In this document: positions 21,629-31,740 of the stretch, in pieces
Numbering within the stretch: position 1 is the stretch's first letter
How the letters are laid out: each line of letters opens with the position of its first letter
NCBI GenBank assembly: GCA_001823545.1
Contig: MHUV01000006.1
Coordinates: 27,437 to 91,436, forward strand
Source: Candidatus Yonathbacteria bacterium RIFCSPLOWO2_01_FULL_43_27
Lineage (GTDB): Bacteria > Patescibacteriota > Minisyncoccia > Phycocordibacterales > UBA1550
Reading direction: 5' to 3'
DNA length: 64,000 nt
The notes under the pieces: generated by a model
Seen by the model: only the letters and a program-made list of their open reading frames with translations
What the model was told of the DNA's origin: nothing
Database searches by the model: none
Made by a program: the position numbers and the translations under genes

Positions 21629-22768
21629 TTACAACTGTTTGTTTATTTCTCTGATTACCTTGATTATTTTAGTCTGATCTTTTTGAGAAAGAGCAGGGAA
21701 AATAGGTATGGAAATTTCTGATTCTGAAAATAGTTCAGCATTTGGACAAAGACCTTTTTTATACCCCCGCGCCTCATAGTACGGATGCCGGTAAACCGGG
21801 ATGTAGTGCACTTGAACGCCGATCCCCGCTTTCTGTAACTCATTAAAGCAGAAATCCCGCAGGTGTTTCTTTTCGGGAGCGAGGCGCAATGGAAATAAGT
21901 GCCAACTTGAAGTGCGATCGGAAAACGTTTTTGGTATGACAAAATTCTGAAGATTTTCTAACTCTTTCTGATAGCGATGTGCGATCTCTCCCCTTCTCGA
22001 TACAAAAAAATCCAATTTCTTCATCTGGCTCACCCCTAACGCAGCTTGAATATCAGTGATACGATAATTGTATCCCAGATCATGCATTTCATGGTACCAT
22101 GCGGGATTTTTTTTGTTAATAAGTTTCTTTGTATCCTTAGTGATGCCGTGACTGCGAAACAGCAACAATTTCTCGTAGTACTCCTTATTATTTGTGACAA
22201 TCGCTCCTCCTTCGCCCGTTGTGATTGATTTCAATGGATGAAAACTGAACATTGTCATATCGGCATGTGCGCCGACTTTTTTCTTTCCATACGACGCACC
22301 CAATGCATGCGCCGCGTCTTCAATAAAAACTAGCTTGTGCTTTTTTGCGATCTTCTTGAGTGCAGAAATATCCACCGGCAATCCCGCATAGTCAACTCCG
22401 ACAATCACTTTTGTTCTCTTAGTTATCTTTTTTTCTACGGTGCGTGGATCAAGATTACCCGTTGCAATTTCGATGTCAGCAAAAACAGGGACTGCTCCTA
22501 CAGCAACCAACATGTTTGCAGTAGCCGCAAACGTAAGTGGCGACGTGATCACCTCATCACCCGCATGGAGACCAGCCGCATAATACGCAGCATGGAGCGC
22601 TGCCGTGCCGGAAGAGAACGAAACGGCATATGTTGAGCCACAATACTGTGCAATTGATTCTTCAAATTCTTTGACCTTTGGACCCTGCGTAATAAACGGT
22701 GACTTCAAAACCTTTATAACTTCTTGAATATCATCTTTATCAACCCATTGGCGCGAATATGGAATCAT
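21629..22768 (-). CDS. pseC: UDP-4-amino-4,6-dideoxy-N-acetyl-beta-L-altrosamine transaminase
   Basis: IPYSRQ, SSGTAALH, EDAAHALG, FSFHPLKSITTGEGG; follows pseB. Confidence 0.88.
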   Translation of the reverse strand: MIPYSRQWVDKDDIQEVIKVLKSPFITQGPKVKEFEESIAQYCGSTYAVSFSSGTAALHAAYYAAGLHAGDEVITSPLTFAATANMLVAVGAVPVFADIEIATGNLDPRTVEKKITKRTKVIVGVDYAGLPVDISALKKIAKKHKLVFIEDAAHALGASYGKKKVGAHADMTMFSFHPLKSITTGEGGAIVTNNKEYYEKLLLFRSHGITKDTKKLINKKNPAWYHEMHDLGYNYRITDIQAALGVSQMKKLDFFVSRRGEIAHRYQKELENLQNFVIPKTFSDRTSSWHLFPLRLAPEKKHLRDFCFNELQKAGIGVQVHYIPVYRHPYYEARGYKKGLCPNAELFSESEISIPIFPALSQKDQTKIIKVIREINKQL

Positions 22769-23748
22769 ATCTTCAATATCTTTTTGACATCTTTTACAGG
22801 AAGAAGAAAATCTGGGCTATCACTGCTATATACAGCCTCCAACGGGAAGTGTTTTTTATTTGCAAAAGAATTTTTGGTAGCCCAGCTTACAAACTCAGGC
22901 AAAATAGCAAACATCGTTCCGAGGTCTCTCGTGCGATCAGACTCATGTTTAGTAAGGAGTTTTTCATGAAGCTTTTCACCAGGGCGGATACCGACAACCT
23001 TCAATTTACACTCAGGGGCAAGTGTCTTTAAAACATCTACAACTTGCAAACTCTTCATCTTTGGAATAAAAATCTCTCCACCTTCCATGTGATCAAGAAT
23101 ATTGATAACCATCTCCATAACATCCTGTATATGGATCCAGAAACGAGTCATGCGCTCGTCAGTAAGAGTCAAAACTCCGGTGGCACGCTGTTTTTCAACA
23201 AGCTCGATAACACTTCCTCGACTGCCGATGACATTTCCATATCGGACGACCGAAAGCTTTGTATTTCCTTTGCCTCGGTATGAGTTTGAAGCGACAGTTA
23301 ATCGTTCAGCGACAAGTTTTGTTGCACCATAAAGATTGATCGGCTCAACTGCTTTGTCGGATGACACAACGAGCACCTTATCGACTTCACAGTTAACTGC
23401 GGCATCCACCACATTTTGCGTTCCATTAATGTTTGTCTTGACCGCTTCAAGGGGATTATATTCAGTAGCAGGAACCTGTTTCAAGGCGGCAGCATGGATC
23501 ACAATATTAACGCCCGAAAATGCTCGTTCCAATCTTGGTAAATCGCGGACATCACCCAAAAAGAAGTTTAGTCTTTTATCCTTAAAATCACGCGACATTT
23601 CATTCTGCTTAAATTCATCTCTGCTTAGGACGATGACTTTCGCCACGCTTTTGTTTGCAAGAATTCGCGTTACAAAAGCGCGCCCAAACGTGCCCGTTCC
23701 GCCTGTTACCAAGATCGTTTTACCACTTAAATAATCTTTTTTATTCAT
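22765..23748 (-). CDS. pseB: UDP-GlcNAc 4,6-dehydratase (inverting)
   Basis: TGGTGTFG, SRDEFKQ, AAALKQVP, NLYGATK, RYGNV, MTRFW, GIRPGEKLHE. Confidence 0.92.
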   Translation of the reverse strand: MNKKDYLSGKTILVTGGTGTFGRAFVTRILANKSVAKVIVLSRDEFKQNEMSRDFKDKRLNFFLGDVRDLPRLERAFSGVNIVIHAAALKQVPATEYNPLEAVKTNINGTQNVVDAAVNCEVDKVLVVSSDKAVEPINLYGATKLVAERLTVASNSYRGKGNTKLSVVRYGNVIGSRGSVIELVEKQRATGVLTLTDERMTRFWIHIQDVMEMVINILDHMEGGEIFIPKMKSLQVVDVLKTLAPECKLKVVGIRPGEKLHEKLLTKHESDRTRDLGTMFAILPEFVSWATKNSFANKKHFPLEAVYSSDSPDFLLPVKDVKKILKI

Positions 23749-23779
23749 GTTGGGATTATATAGGAATGGACAATCTTGG

Positions 23780-25696
23780 TCAATCTCTCAATGCCTCGAG
23801 AAAAACGGCCGTACGTTCGGCAGATTTTCCATCAAAAGAGAAGTTCTTTTTAAGGAAATTATTTGCATTATTAACAAGAGTTACTGCTTCGGCAGGGTTC
23901 GAAACAAGCGTACGCATACACTGAACAAGTTCCTCTTTTGTTCTTGCAATTCGTAGAGCGCACGCCTCCTCATACGGTAGAAAATGTGATTCCATCAGCA
24001 CGAGGTCATTCTTATCAAAACCGACGAGGACAACCGGTTTTTCCGCAATCATCGTCTCAAGAACAACGGTTGAAAAACTGGAAGCAACAACGTTAGCAAT
24101 ACTTATCAATTCATGCAGGTTTTCATATTGGGCGATACAACACCTTTCACCAAATGCCTCCTTGAGGGAGCGCTTGAGAAAATATTCTGTAGCGGGTCCC
24201 GGGCGTATTTTTATGATCACTTGCAGTCCTTCGATGCACCTGGTTGCCTCAGCAATATTTTTGAACAGACGAAGCATACTATAGGTGTCATGCGTCTGTC
24301 CCAAAACGATATCCGTGGCGATATACAAAAGAACCGGCCGTTCAGGATCAATATTAAGCTTTTTTCTCAGTTTACTTTTTATCTCCTCACTAATCGTTTT
24401 ATTTCGATACTGATCAAAGCGAGGTGAGCCAATATCAAGAACTTTTAAATTAGTGCCATGTACACCCTCTATTTCTTTTTTGATTAAAGGTCCATACGAA
24501 GCAAGGGTGTCCGCATTTTTATATACGCTCAAAGAAAACTCCCCTGAACATTCCAGCCCATGCTGTAATTCTATGGCAGGAATACTCATTTTGTGTGCAA
24601 CAAGACCAAGTATAGGAAAATGGATCTGCCCACTCTGGCTTGCTCTCAAGATAACCGAACCTATTCCTTGTTTCTTAAAAATTCGCTCAGTCGCTTCTAT
24701 CGCCTCTACGGTATCTTTAGAAAATGAAGTCACCAGATGTTCGTATGCTGGACGGACAACTTCCCAAAAATTTATTCCGTACCACATAAATTGTTGAGAA
24801 AAACGTGAATGTTCATCGAGCGTCTGCCACATTTGTTCATAGAATTGACGCTTCTTTTCCGCACGATGTCGCATAAAGATAGTGGAATAGTCTCGCGGAT
24901 GATTGAAACGGATCTTATACTTCCAAAGATACTCCCTAGCGTTTTGTACCTCTTTGCGTTCCATCATAGTGACCTCAACGTCATTCATTTTTGTAATAAA
25001 TGAATCAATATGCCACCAATAATCACTCACAAAAATTTTCATCGCGGTTCGCTTACGAAAGAGTGCGATAATACTACTAAAGATCTTGATCAATCGAATA
25101 AAAACGCCTCTCGTGAATGATTGTTTGAACCTGCGCAATCCGCCCCGCAATATCACGTCCGGCGTACACGGAATAATATGCAGTGATATTCCTTTCTTCT
25201 GCGCCAAAAACGCCATCATGTCTATACCCACACGAACCTCAAAAATCGCCAATTGACCGACCGTTGAAGGTAGCTTCATTAACGATTCCGGAATGTAGAC
25301 TGTTTCTATATTTTTAAATTGCCCGAGAATAAAATCGAATATGTCCAAGTGGTACAAAACCCTGAGCACGTACTCCCCGAAAGAATAGCCAATTATTTTG
25401 CCGAGGTGTATGCCGTTATGTTCAAAAAAATTAAATTCAGCGTCAGTATACATCTGTCGCATTATTCCTGAGACCAGTAGACCTCGCTCTTTAAGCGAAC
25501 TTCTCGCAGAATAATCCATCATAGAATGGAAAGGTATCCCTCGATCACGCAATGCAAGTTCAATTCCGTAATCAATGGGAACAATGACAGGACCGTGTCC
25601 ACTTTTAATTTTTTCGGCGCCAAAGTGTGCGAGCACAATATCAATGTGTCCTATTTCATAGAGAATAATCAGTGTTTTTCCATTAGTTGTATTCAT
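23780..25696 (-). CDS. GT-B-fold protein, candidate nonulosonate/glycerophosphate transferase
   Basis: ELQHG, GSPRFD, KIRP, STVVLE and DGKSAER motifs; directly upstream of pseB. Confidence 0.55.
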   Translation of the reverse strand: MNTTNGKTLIILYEIGHIDIVLAHFGAEKIKSGHGPVIVPIDYGIELALRDRGIPFHSMMDYSARSSLKERGLLVSGIMRQMYTDAEFNFFEHNGIHLGKIIGYSFGEYVLRVLYHLDIFDFILGQFKNIETVYIPESLMKLPSTVGQLAIFEVRVGIDMMAFLAQKKGISLHIIPCTPDVILRGGLRRFKQSFTRGVFIRLIKIFSSIIALFRKRTAMKIFVSDYWWHIDSFITKMNDVEVTMMERKEVQNAREYLWKYKIRFNHPRDYSTIFMRHRAEKKRQFYEQMWQTLDEHSRFSQQFMWYGINFWEVVRPAYEHLVTSFSKDTVEAIEATERIFKKQGIGSVILRASQSGQIHFPILGLVAHKMSIPAIELQHGLECSGEFSLSVYKNADTLASYGPLIKKEIEGVHGTNLKVLDIGSPRFDQYRNKTISEEIKSKLRKKLNIDPERPVLLYIATDIVLGQTHDTYSMLRLFKNIAEATRCIEGLQVIIKIRPGPATEYFLKRSLKEAFGERCCIAQYENLHELISIANVVASSFSTVVLETMIAEKPVVLVGFDKNDLVLMESHFLPYEEACALRIARTKEELVQCMRTLVSNPAEAVTLVNNANNFLKKNFSFDGKSAERTAVFLEALRD

Positions 25697-25704
25697 ATAT
25701 ATTT

Positions 25705-26760
25705 TCAGACGAGCATTTTTCTCACACCCTCATAAATAGACTCTTCAGGTATGTCGATCATGCATTTATAGTATCGTTCTCCTCCTATTTGATACAGACA
25801 GTTTCCACCCTTCTGCCCATCACAGGTGCAGTTTTTACGTTCCGTGAGAATAGTAGCATTTTTATTATAGAAAGGGAGCCAGCAAGGATTTGAAAGATTG
25901 CCGATTACAACACTCCGTTTTTGCAAAACACCAGCAAGGTGAGTTATCCCTGTATCAACACCTACATACCCACGAGAACCATCGATAATATTTGCGAGTT
26001 CCACCATAGAAAGTTTTCCTGCGAGGGTAACAGCTGAATCCGGAGATACACCAGCATTGAATATTGTTTGAATAAACACGTCATCTTGTATGCTTCCCGT
26101 AACGACAATTTTCGTCTCCGGAAAATGGTGCGTAATGTACTGAAAAATATTCACCCACCGCGACGTCGGCAAACTACGAGCAAAACTAGAAGCACAGGGA
26201 TGAATGACAACGTATGAATCACGTGTTAACCCGTAGCGTTCAAAAATATCCGTAATGGCAACGAAACGATACAAAGGTACCGCTGGAGAAATCTCAATGC
26301 CATGCGCACGAACAAGATGTACAAGATTTTCATAAACTGACAGATGATAATCAAAAACGACTACACCCTCTTTCTTTGATTTACCTTGTGGTGCTTTCTG
26401 AAGAAAATGCAGATGAACACTTCCAGGGTGCACAACCAGGAGACGCGCAAGGAGCCACACAAAAAAGGGAATCTTTTTAAATACACCCTGATTTATTACC
26501 AAGTTTTTCTTCCATGCCATACGTGCCAGCAATGTTGAAGCATGCAAAAAATTTCGGCGGTTTACCTCACGTATCTTAATGTGCGGATATGCGGAAAAAA
26601 GTTCTCGCAGGAGTGAGGTGTTGCGAGGGGTAATGATTGTAATATCGCTTTTTTGTAATATGTTACTAACACTATCAGCGCAAAGCCCTGCCATGAGAAA
26701 ATCTCCAATAGCGCCATTGGTAAACAATATTACATTGTCATATGCTCCAGTTACATGCAT
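25705..26760 (-). CDS. Glycosyltransferase family 9
   Basis: GAIGDFLM, VIHP, LAGKLS, VGVDTGITHLA. Confidence 0.85.
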   Translation of the reverse strand: MHVTGAYDNVILFTNGAIGDFLMAGLCADSVSNILQKSDITIITPRNTSLLRELFSAYPHIKIREVNRRNFLHASTLLARMAWKKNLVINQGVFKKIPFFVWLLARLLVVHPGSVHLHFLQKAPQGKSKKEGVVVFDYHLSVYENLVHLVRAHGIEISPAVPLYRFVAITDIFERYGLTRDSYVVIHPCASSFARSLPTSRWVNIFQYITHHFPETKIVVTGSIQDDVFIQTIFNAGVSPDSAVTLAGKLSMVELANIIDGSRGYVGVDTGITHLAGVLQKRSVVIGNLSNPCWLPFYNKNATILTERKNCTCDGQKGGNCLYQIGGERYYKCMIDIPEESIYEGVRKMLV

Positions 26761-26769
26761 AGCTACAAA

Positions 26770-27684
26770 TTATCCATAGAACCGCCAATTTCTAAACTTA
26801 AGCAACAAAGGATACAGAGGGAGTCTCCTCACCGTGTCTTTGAGAGAACGGATGACCTTGCGCTCGTCTATTTTTGCAGGATAATACCTCTTTCTTCGAG
26901 GAACTATTTGAATATCTTCTGATCGAATTTTCTTCTTATGCCACAACAGCGTATCACAGCCGGACAATACGAGCGTCCCATCATAAAGCTGGAATAACCG
27001 CGTATACGCACTTTTGTCTGTATAGAGACTCTCTGGGGAGTTATTCTTAATCCCAAACATAGGGAATAATTCCTTCTTCACAAAAATTGCGTTCACGCCA
27101 ACAACACAGACAAGCTCATATCCTTTTTGTTTTCCCATCCTGAAGAGTGAAAGGAGTGATGATCCTTGAAAAATATTCATGTCGCGTGGTTGCACAAAAT
27201 CAATATCGTTGGGGATGCTAGGATTAAATTCAATGATTGCCACACGTGGCGAATAGTTAACAAGGGACTCCCAAAGATGATACTCATTTCCATCAATATC
27301 AAGGGATAACAAATCAAACTCCTTTGGGATCTGCGTGTGCGAGAAAATCTTATCCAATGAATGTTCACCTTCAAAACTTACAAACTCGTTGACGCACGCA
27401 ATATTCTTTTTGCCCTCATACAGCGCTTGGAGTTTTTTATAATTCGTAATGTCGGCTTCTATCAAGACTCCAGACCAACCTTTGTTATTAAGTAGGTCCC
27501 ACACATTACTATCGTGAACACCATTTAATGCTCCAAGTTCGACACACCATTTGTTAGTCTCACCGATTATACTGAATATTTTCTCGATGATACCATCCTC
27601 TCCAAACTGAGAAGTTACCTTCTTTCGATAATCAAGAAGCCAGTCATTCTTTATTTGTGAATTAGAATTATTTTTATCAATCAT
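26770..27684 (-). CDS. FkbM-like methyltransferase-domain protein
   Basis: SQFGEDGII, VELGA, DLLSLDIDGNEY, IEFN. Confidence 0.7.
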   Translation of the reverse strand: MIDKNNSNSQIKNDWLLDYRKKVTSQFGEDGIIEKIFSIIGETNKWCVELGALNGVHDSNVWDLLNNKGWSGVLIEADITNYKKLQALYEGKKNIACVNEFVSFEGEHSLDKIFSHTQIPKEFDLLSLDIDGNEYHLWESLVNYSPRVAIIEFNPSIPNDIDFVQPRDMNIFQGSSLLSLFRMGKQKGYELVCVVGVNAIFVKKELFPMFGIKNNSPESLYTDKSAYTRLFQLYDGTLVLSGCDTLLWHKKKIRSEDIQIVPRRKRYYPAKIDERKVIRSLKDTVRRLPLYPLLLKFRNWRFYG

Positions 27685-28832
27685 ATATTTTTCTTTATAA
27701 ACTCTAAAATATCTTTTGCTCTATTTTGCCAAGTAAAATCTTTTGCCTTAATCACCGCGGCGGCAATTTTCTTGTCTATCACCTCGGAATTACTAACAGC
27801 AAGCTCCATTTTTTTGGCTAAATCTTTTGGATTATCAGGCTCATAAAAAACAACCTCTTCATCAGAAACAATATCTTGAATGGCAGGCGTCCTACTAGCT
27901 ACTATCCCCCGCCCCATTGCCAAATACTCAAATACCTTCATTGGTGAAGTGTAATAGTATGATTGCGTATCATGTTTTGTACCTAGAACAAGGAGGGTGT
28001 CCGCAGCAGAAAGCCATACAGGGACCTCCGTATATAATTTCCCTCCGACAAATACCATATTTGAGGGCAACTCTTTCCTTTTAGCAACGGACAAAAATTC
28101 ATTCTTTGTCCCTCCTACAATATACACAAAAATATTCTGCGGAAGCTCCTTCGCAGCGTCAATAAGAACGTCCAACCCTTTCCATCCATAGAATCTCCCG
28201 CAATACATTACAATCTTAATCTCTTTAGGTAATGACAAACTACGTCTCGCGTCATCTTTTGGAATACTATGAAATAGTTCAAGGTCGATGCCGTTCGGCC
28301 ATACGAGCATTCTGTTTTCTGAAAATGACATGACCTTCGCTATCTGTTTTTTAATAATATTATTGATGACAATGACTCCGTTAACATGCTTAAAAAATAT
28401 TTTATTTACAAGCGACGTTGCTTTTCCTCCATGTGTCTCAAGGAAACAAGGCATGCCCAAGAATGCACTTACCGCGAACGAGAATGTATCCATGTCTATC
28501 GTGTAAATAACACCTCGTTTCCCTTGGCATCTTTTTAAGAAAATGTATACGAAATATGAAATTGTAAAACTCACGCCACTTAAAAAGTACCCCCATCTCC
28601 CACGCGCATAGAGGTCAAGGGATGGTAATCTCGTCACGCAAAGCGATGGGCGAAGCTTGTAGTAATCCTTGATATCATCAACCATACCTTTTTGTCGCGG
28701 TATGACAAGTTCCAAGTCCACACCCTCCTCAATAAAAGCCTCGCACATTTTGGCGATTTGAATAGCATATGCTTTTTTGTGAGGCATTCGCGCGTTGGCA
28801 ATATAATACAATTTCATACCTTTATAACTCAA
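27681..28832 (-). CDS. Glycosyltransferase family 4
   Basis: PNGID, KGLD, SPMKVFEYLA. Confidence 0.9.
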   Translation of the reverse strand: MSYKGMKLYYIANARMPHKKAYAIQIAKMCEAFIEEGVDLELVIPRQKGMVDDIKDYYKLRPSLCVTRLPSLDLYARGRWGYFLSGVSFTISYFVYIFLKRCQGKRGVIYTIDMDTFSFAVSAFLGMPCFLETHGGKATSLVNKIFFKHVNGVIVINNIIKKQIAKVMSFSENRMLVWPNGIDLELFHSIPKDDARRSLSLPKEIKIVMYCGRFYGWKGLDVLIDAAKELPQNIFVYIVGGTKNEFLSVAKRKELPSNMVFVGGKLYTEVPVWLSAADTLLVLGTKHDTQSYYYTSPMKVFEYLAMGRGIVASRTPAIQDIVSDEEVVFYEPDNPKDLAKKMELAVSNSEVIDKKIAAAVIKAKDFTWQNRAKDILEFIKKNI

Positions 28833-28893
28833 TTTTTTGAAAGTATACCACGAACGCCCTACCCCCGACAGTCCCCGAATAACCCCACCAAAA

Positions 28894-29967
28894 TCAAAGT
28901 TTAACCCGTTTTAATATCTCTTCAGGTCTACTAAAAATGAGCTCATAAAATTTATCAACCCGCACATACTTCTCAAATATCTCGCGCGCCAGTTTCTGTT
29001 TCCTCAAAAATTCCTCGGGTGACATTTCGTTATAATATTTTCGAATTAACGCATCGGCACGATGCATGTCCCCTAGCGAAATAAATAGACAAAAATCATG
29101 GTAATTAATAATATCTTCAAGCGGAAATATCTCATCAGTATCAATCACAACAGGAATTCTTCCCAGTGAGAGCGCTTCGTAGAACCGCATCGAGGCATTC
29201 CCGTCACCGCGCACGGCGAGCGCAAGGTCGTTTTTCGTAATATTATCCAAAAATTCTTTTCGCACACATTCCACGTCGATACGGATTGTTTTCTTGTGCG
29301 ACGAAAAAAAATTTCTTACGATAAATGCACTTTTTATGTGCGGAGATGCACCAAGTATAGCGAGTATCTTTTTTCTAAAATAAATACCACCTTTACGTGC
29401 CCGAACTATCGGTTTCCCCTGAATGAGTGCAGCGAGTTCCCATAAAAGATTCTTTACAAAAGCCTTCACGACAGACCGCAGAGAGGGATACTGTGCAAAA
29501 CCACAGAAACCTACCGTAGGAGCCCCTGCATGTTTTTCGAGAAAAGAAACGGGCGTTTCAAGAGCTCCATCCGGAGCATAGAGCGGTACAATGATCTCAT
29601 TTTGTCTTTTTCTATGTCGGTACTGAGCATAACGAAAAATGACCGTATTTTTAAGTGCAATGTCCGAATCATCGTCTCCGTAGGCGAATAGCAAGAGGTG
29701 TTTCTTTTTTTGAAGAGAAAAATAGACCGCATCATCAAGATATGTCGGATTTCTTTTTTGTATGATGTTGTAAATATGAGGAATCAAAATAAAGTCCGCA
29801 TCATCCGGAGTGGAAACTATTTCAAAGAATGCGTTACGGTAAAAAGGTAAAATTCTTTTAATATTAAGCTGGTTCTCTATACCCTGATTCTCAATCCCCC
29901 AAATAGGATACAATTCTGGGATACAGGAAACTCCTTCTATTTTCTTGTAGATAAAAATTTTTGTCAT
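28894..29967 (-). CDS. Exostosin-like (GT47) glycosyltransferase
   Basis: LAVRGDGNASMRFYEALSLGRIPV and PLEDIINY motifs. Confidence 0.8.
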   Translation of the reverse strand: MTKIFIYKKIEGVSCIPELYPIWGIENQGIENQLNIKRILPFYRNAFFEIVSTPDDADFILIPHIYNIIQKRNPTYLDDAVYFSLQKKKHLLLFAYGDDDSDIALKNTVIFRYAQYRHRKRQNEIIVPLYAPDGALETPVSFLEKHAGAPTVGFCGFAQYPSLRSVVKAFVKNLLWELAALIQGKPIVRARKGGIYFRKKILAILGASPHIKSAFIVRNFFSSHKKTIRIDVECVRKEFLDNITKNDLALAVRGDGNASMRFYEALSLGRIPVVIDTDEIFPLEDIINYHDFCLFISLGDMHRADALIRKYYNEMSPEEFLRKQKLAREIFEKYVRVDKFYELIFSRPEEILKRVKL

Positions 29968-30016
29968 TACTCGTGATATACAACTGACATACGCATAGTT
30001 ACTATGGATAAGATAC

Positions 30017-30661
30017 TCATGCTGTTTTTACTTTTATAATCAACTGAAATGCGAAAAGATTCGGGCGAAGAATCCCTATCTTGTGCGGAATTTTTGGATG
30101 AATAATATGGTTCTCTTTTTCGATTTTAAATCCTGTTAACGAAAGAAGTTTTTTCAAAGAATCATAGGTAAAAAAATGTATGTGTCCCTCGTCAAGAAAC
30201 CCTGTTTCCGTATATTCGAACTTCCCAAAAAACATCTTTATTCTATTCGTCCACATCAGAAAATTTGGCGTGGTGAGAATAAGCACTGAATCTTTCTTCA
30301 TGCGACTTTTCACATTGAGCAAAAATTTCTTTGATTCAAACAAATGTTCTATTACCTCCGAAACGATAATGGCATCATAATCACTATCAATAACGGAAAG
30401 ATCTCCTCCGTCTACATCAAGAACAAATGCCTTGTCCAAAACGTGAGCGGCTTTTTCAACCGCATTTCTAGAAATGTCCGTGCCAAAAACAATAGCCCCT
30501 TTTTCTTTGAGTGCTTTACCCATGGTGCCGTTTCCACATCCGATATCAAGAATCTTTTTCCCTTTTATATCATTCCCCAATATCTGAACGACGCGACGAA
30601 CCCGTTCCCCGCTTGGGCTATATTGTTCCTTGTTGTTATAGTAACCAGCTATTGAATTCAT
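30017..30661 (-). CDS. Class I SAM-dependent methyltransferase
   Basis: ILDIGCGNG, SEVIEHL, TTPN. Confidence 0.88.
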   Translation of the reverse strand: MNSIAGYYNNKEQYSPSGERVRRVVQILGNDIKGKKILDIGCGNGTMGKALKEKGAIVFGTDISRNAVEKAAHVLDKAFVLDVDGGDLSVIDSDYDAIIVSEVIEHLFESKKFLLNVKSRMKKDSVLILTTPNFLMWTNRIKMFFGKFEYTETGFLDEGHIHFFTYDSLKKLLSLTGFKIEKENHIIHPKIPHKIGILRPNLFAFQLIIKVKTA

Positions 30662-31740
30662 AGAGTTGAAATGAGGTGTTTAACCAGTATAGAGGGGGTA
30701 AGCTTTTTTGTAAACAATTGATATCCATGCAGAGCAATCTTATTCCTAAGCACCATATCCTGTTTTAGTAATAAAATTTTATTTGCAATATCGCGCGGAT
30801 CACCCGGGTTGCACAAAAGCATATTTTGTCCATCGAGAGCAAGCTCGTTAATCGCTTCGCTTTTCATTGTAATAAGCGCCCTTTGAGAAGCAAGTGCTTC
30901 AAAAACCTTGTTTGGGATCACGATCGCCGCTTTGCTCGTTGCTCCAAAAATTCCCAAACAAATATCCGCACGAACTATACTTGTTGCAAGTTCTTCATAC
31001 GACATCCGTGGAAACAGTCGAATATTCTTTCCTCCTCCAACCGCAGATATTTTTTCTTCAATACCTTTTCGTTCTTGCCCATCACCAATAATCTCAAAGA
31101 TAATATCTGGATCGTCCTCAAGAAGTTTTGCGGCATCGATGATATATTCGATACCGTGAAGAGGTATGAATGTTCCATGGAAATGAACAATGAAATGACC
31201 GTGATTGTCTTTTTGTTCGCGCGGATAAAAAACAGTGTCATCCGTTCCGACAAACACTCGACGAAATTTTTGAACAGAAATATTAAACTTTTTCGCAACG
31301 TAACCGATCTGAGCGTTCGTGTCAAAAAAAATAATTGATGCGATCTTCATGCTATACCAATCAAGAAACTGATCCCGCAGACTGTGTAACGAAAAAGCGC
31401 GGTATCGTTTTCTGTCTTCCACGTTTGAATTATAGAGCGAAACAAATGCATCGAAAATAATATGCGAATCAAAAAGGATTCGCGCAAGCCACACGACCGT
31501 ATGTCCAGGAAACGCGACAATAACAACATCAATTTTATTCTTTCGAACGCTCAAATATTCGCGAACAAGGAGAAAAAATTTTAATATCCCTTTGTGTTTT
31601 TTTGGATCTACGCGACAATGAAAGACTTTGTACCCGTTCTCTTCAAAACCACGAACAAGTACTCGGTTGCGAGAGTACGAGGGATCATAGATACCAAAGA
31701 AACATACACTTGGCACGTTATTATTGTCTTGTTGTTTCAT
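30658..31740 (-). CDS. Glycosyltransferase family 4
   Basis: FHGTFIPLHG, IPNKVFEALA; likely start MKQQ at 31740. Confidence 0.88.
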   Translation of the reverse strand: MKQQDNNNVPSVCFFGIYDPSYSRNRVLVRGFEENGYKVFHCRVDPKKHKGILKFFLLVREYLSVRKNKIDVVIVAFPGHTVVWLARILFDSHIIFDAFVSLYNSNVEDRKRYRAFSLHSLRDQFLDWYSMKIASIIFFDTNAQIGYVAKKFNISVQKFRRVFVGTDDTVFYPREQKDNHGHFIVHFHGTFIPLHGIEYIIDAAKLLEDDPDIIFEIIGDGQERKGIEEKISAVGGGKNIRLFPRMSYEELATSIVRADICLGIFGATSKAAIVIPNKVFEALASQRALITMKSEAINELALDGQNMLLCNPGDPRDIANKILLLKQDMVLRNKIALHGYQLFTKKLTPSILVKHLISTL

